This document shows positions 63,567 through 64,000 of a DNA stretch of 64,000 nucleotides, piece by piece. The stretch comes from an uncultured Acidimicrobiaceae bacterium. GTDB taxonomy: Bacteria; Actinomycetota; Acidimicrobiia; Acidimicrobiales; RAAP-2. The stretch covers positions 41 to 64,040 of the forward strand of contig CAYWDQ010000005.1 in assembly GCA_964457065.1 (NCBI GenBank), read 5' to 3'. The notes beneath the pieces are model-generated. The model was not told where the DNA came from. It worked only from the letters and a program-made list of their open reading frames with translations, and ran no database searches. Both the position numbers and the translations under genes were made by a program. Each line of letters begins with the position of its first letter. Within the stretch, counting starts at the first letter, position 1.

Positions 63567-64000
<434 letters not shown>

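Overview
High-GC, actinobacterial-type chromosome segment with about 57 protein-coding genes. I found no rRNA, tRNA, CRISPR array, transposase or integrase by eye. The window has two parts. (1) Positions 1 to ~26050 are a visibly less GC-rich surface-glycan locus. It encodes a Wzz-like chain-length protein (cut by the left edge), a Wzx-like flippase, a WbaP-type initiating phosphoglycosyl transferase and two GT4 glycosyltransferases. It also holds a putative uronamide module (nucleotide-sugar dehydrogenase, AsnB-type amidotransferase, bi-domain oxidoreductase, heparinase II/III-like protein). A CDP-hexose tailoring sub-cluster follows: rfbF, two divergent TylCIII-like C-methyltransferases, a PIG-L deacetylase, a PhyH dioxygenase, an RmlC-like epimerase and an extended SDR. 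Three embedded regulators are present (two LuxR regulators with atypical receivers and one ECF sigma factor), with no kinase or anti-sigma partner. (2) Positions ~26050 to 64000 are very GC-rich and core-like. They encode SDR/CMD redox genes, a GH13 alpha-glucosidase operon with PhyH and an orphan solute-binding lipoprotein, and a double-FtsX permease. Further genes are an OmpR/HK pair with a stand-alone cNMP-binding protein, a TetR-controlled amine oxidase/ALDH module and a thiolase-like protein coupled to cydDC. The segment ends with a tight six-gene operon (aminotransferase to a DUF2889-like gene), SulP, an S1P-lyase-like PLP enzyme, an Lrp-coupled lipoprotein with seven Cys-pair repeats, NRDE and the 3' end of ettA. 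The most promising leads are the CDP-sugar sub-cluster (predicted C-methyl-branched sugar, no recognisable 4,6-dehydratase, unusual accessory enzymes), a HIT-like protein with H-x-C-x-Q in place of the histidine triad, and the seven-repeat lipoprotein. All functional calls rest on motifs read from the supplied translations. No database search was run. Many long ORFs in the track are antisense artefacts of high GC and were discarded.
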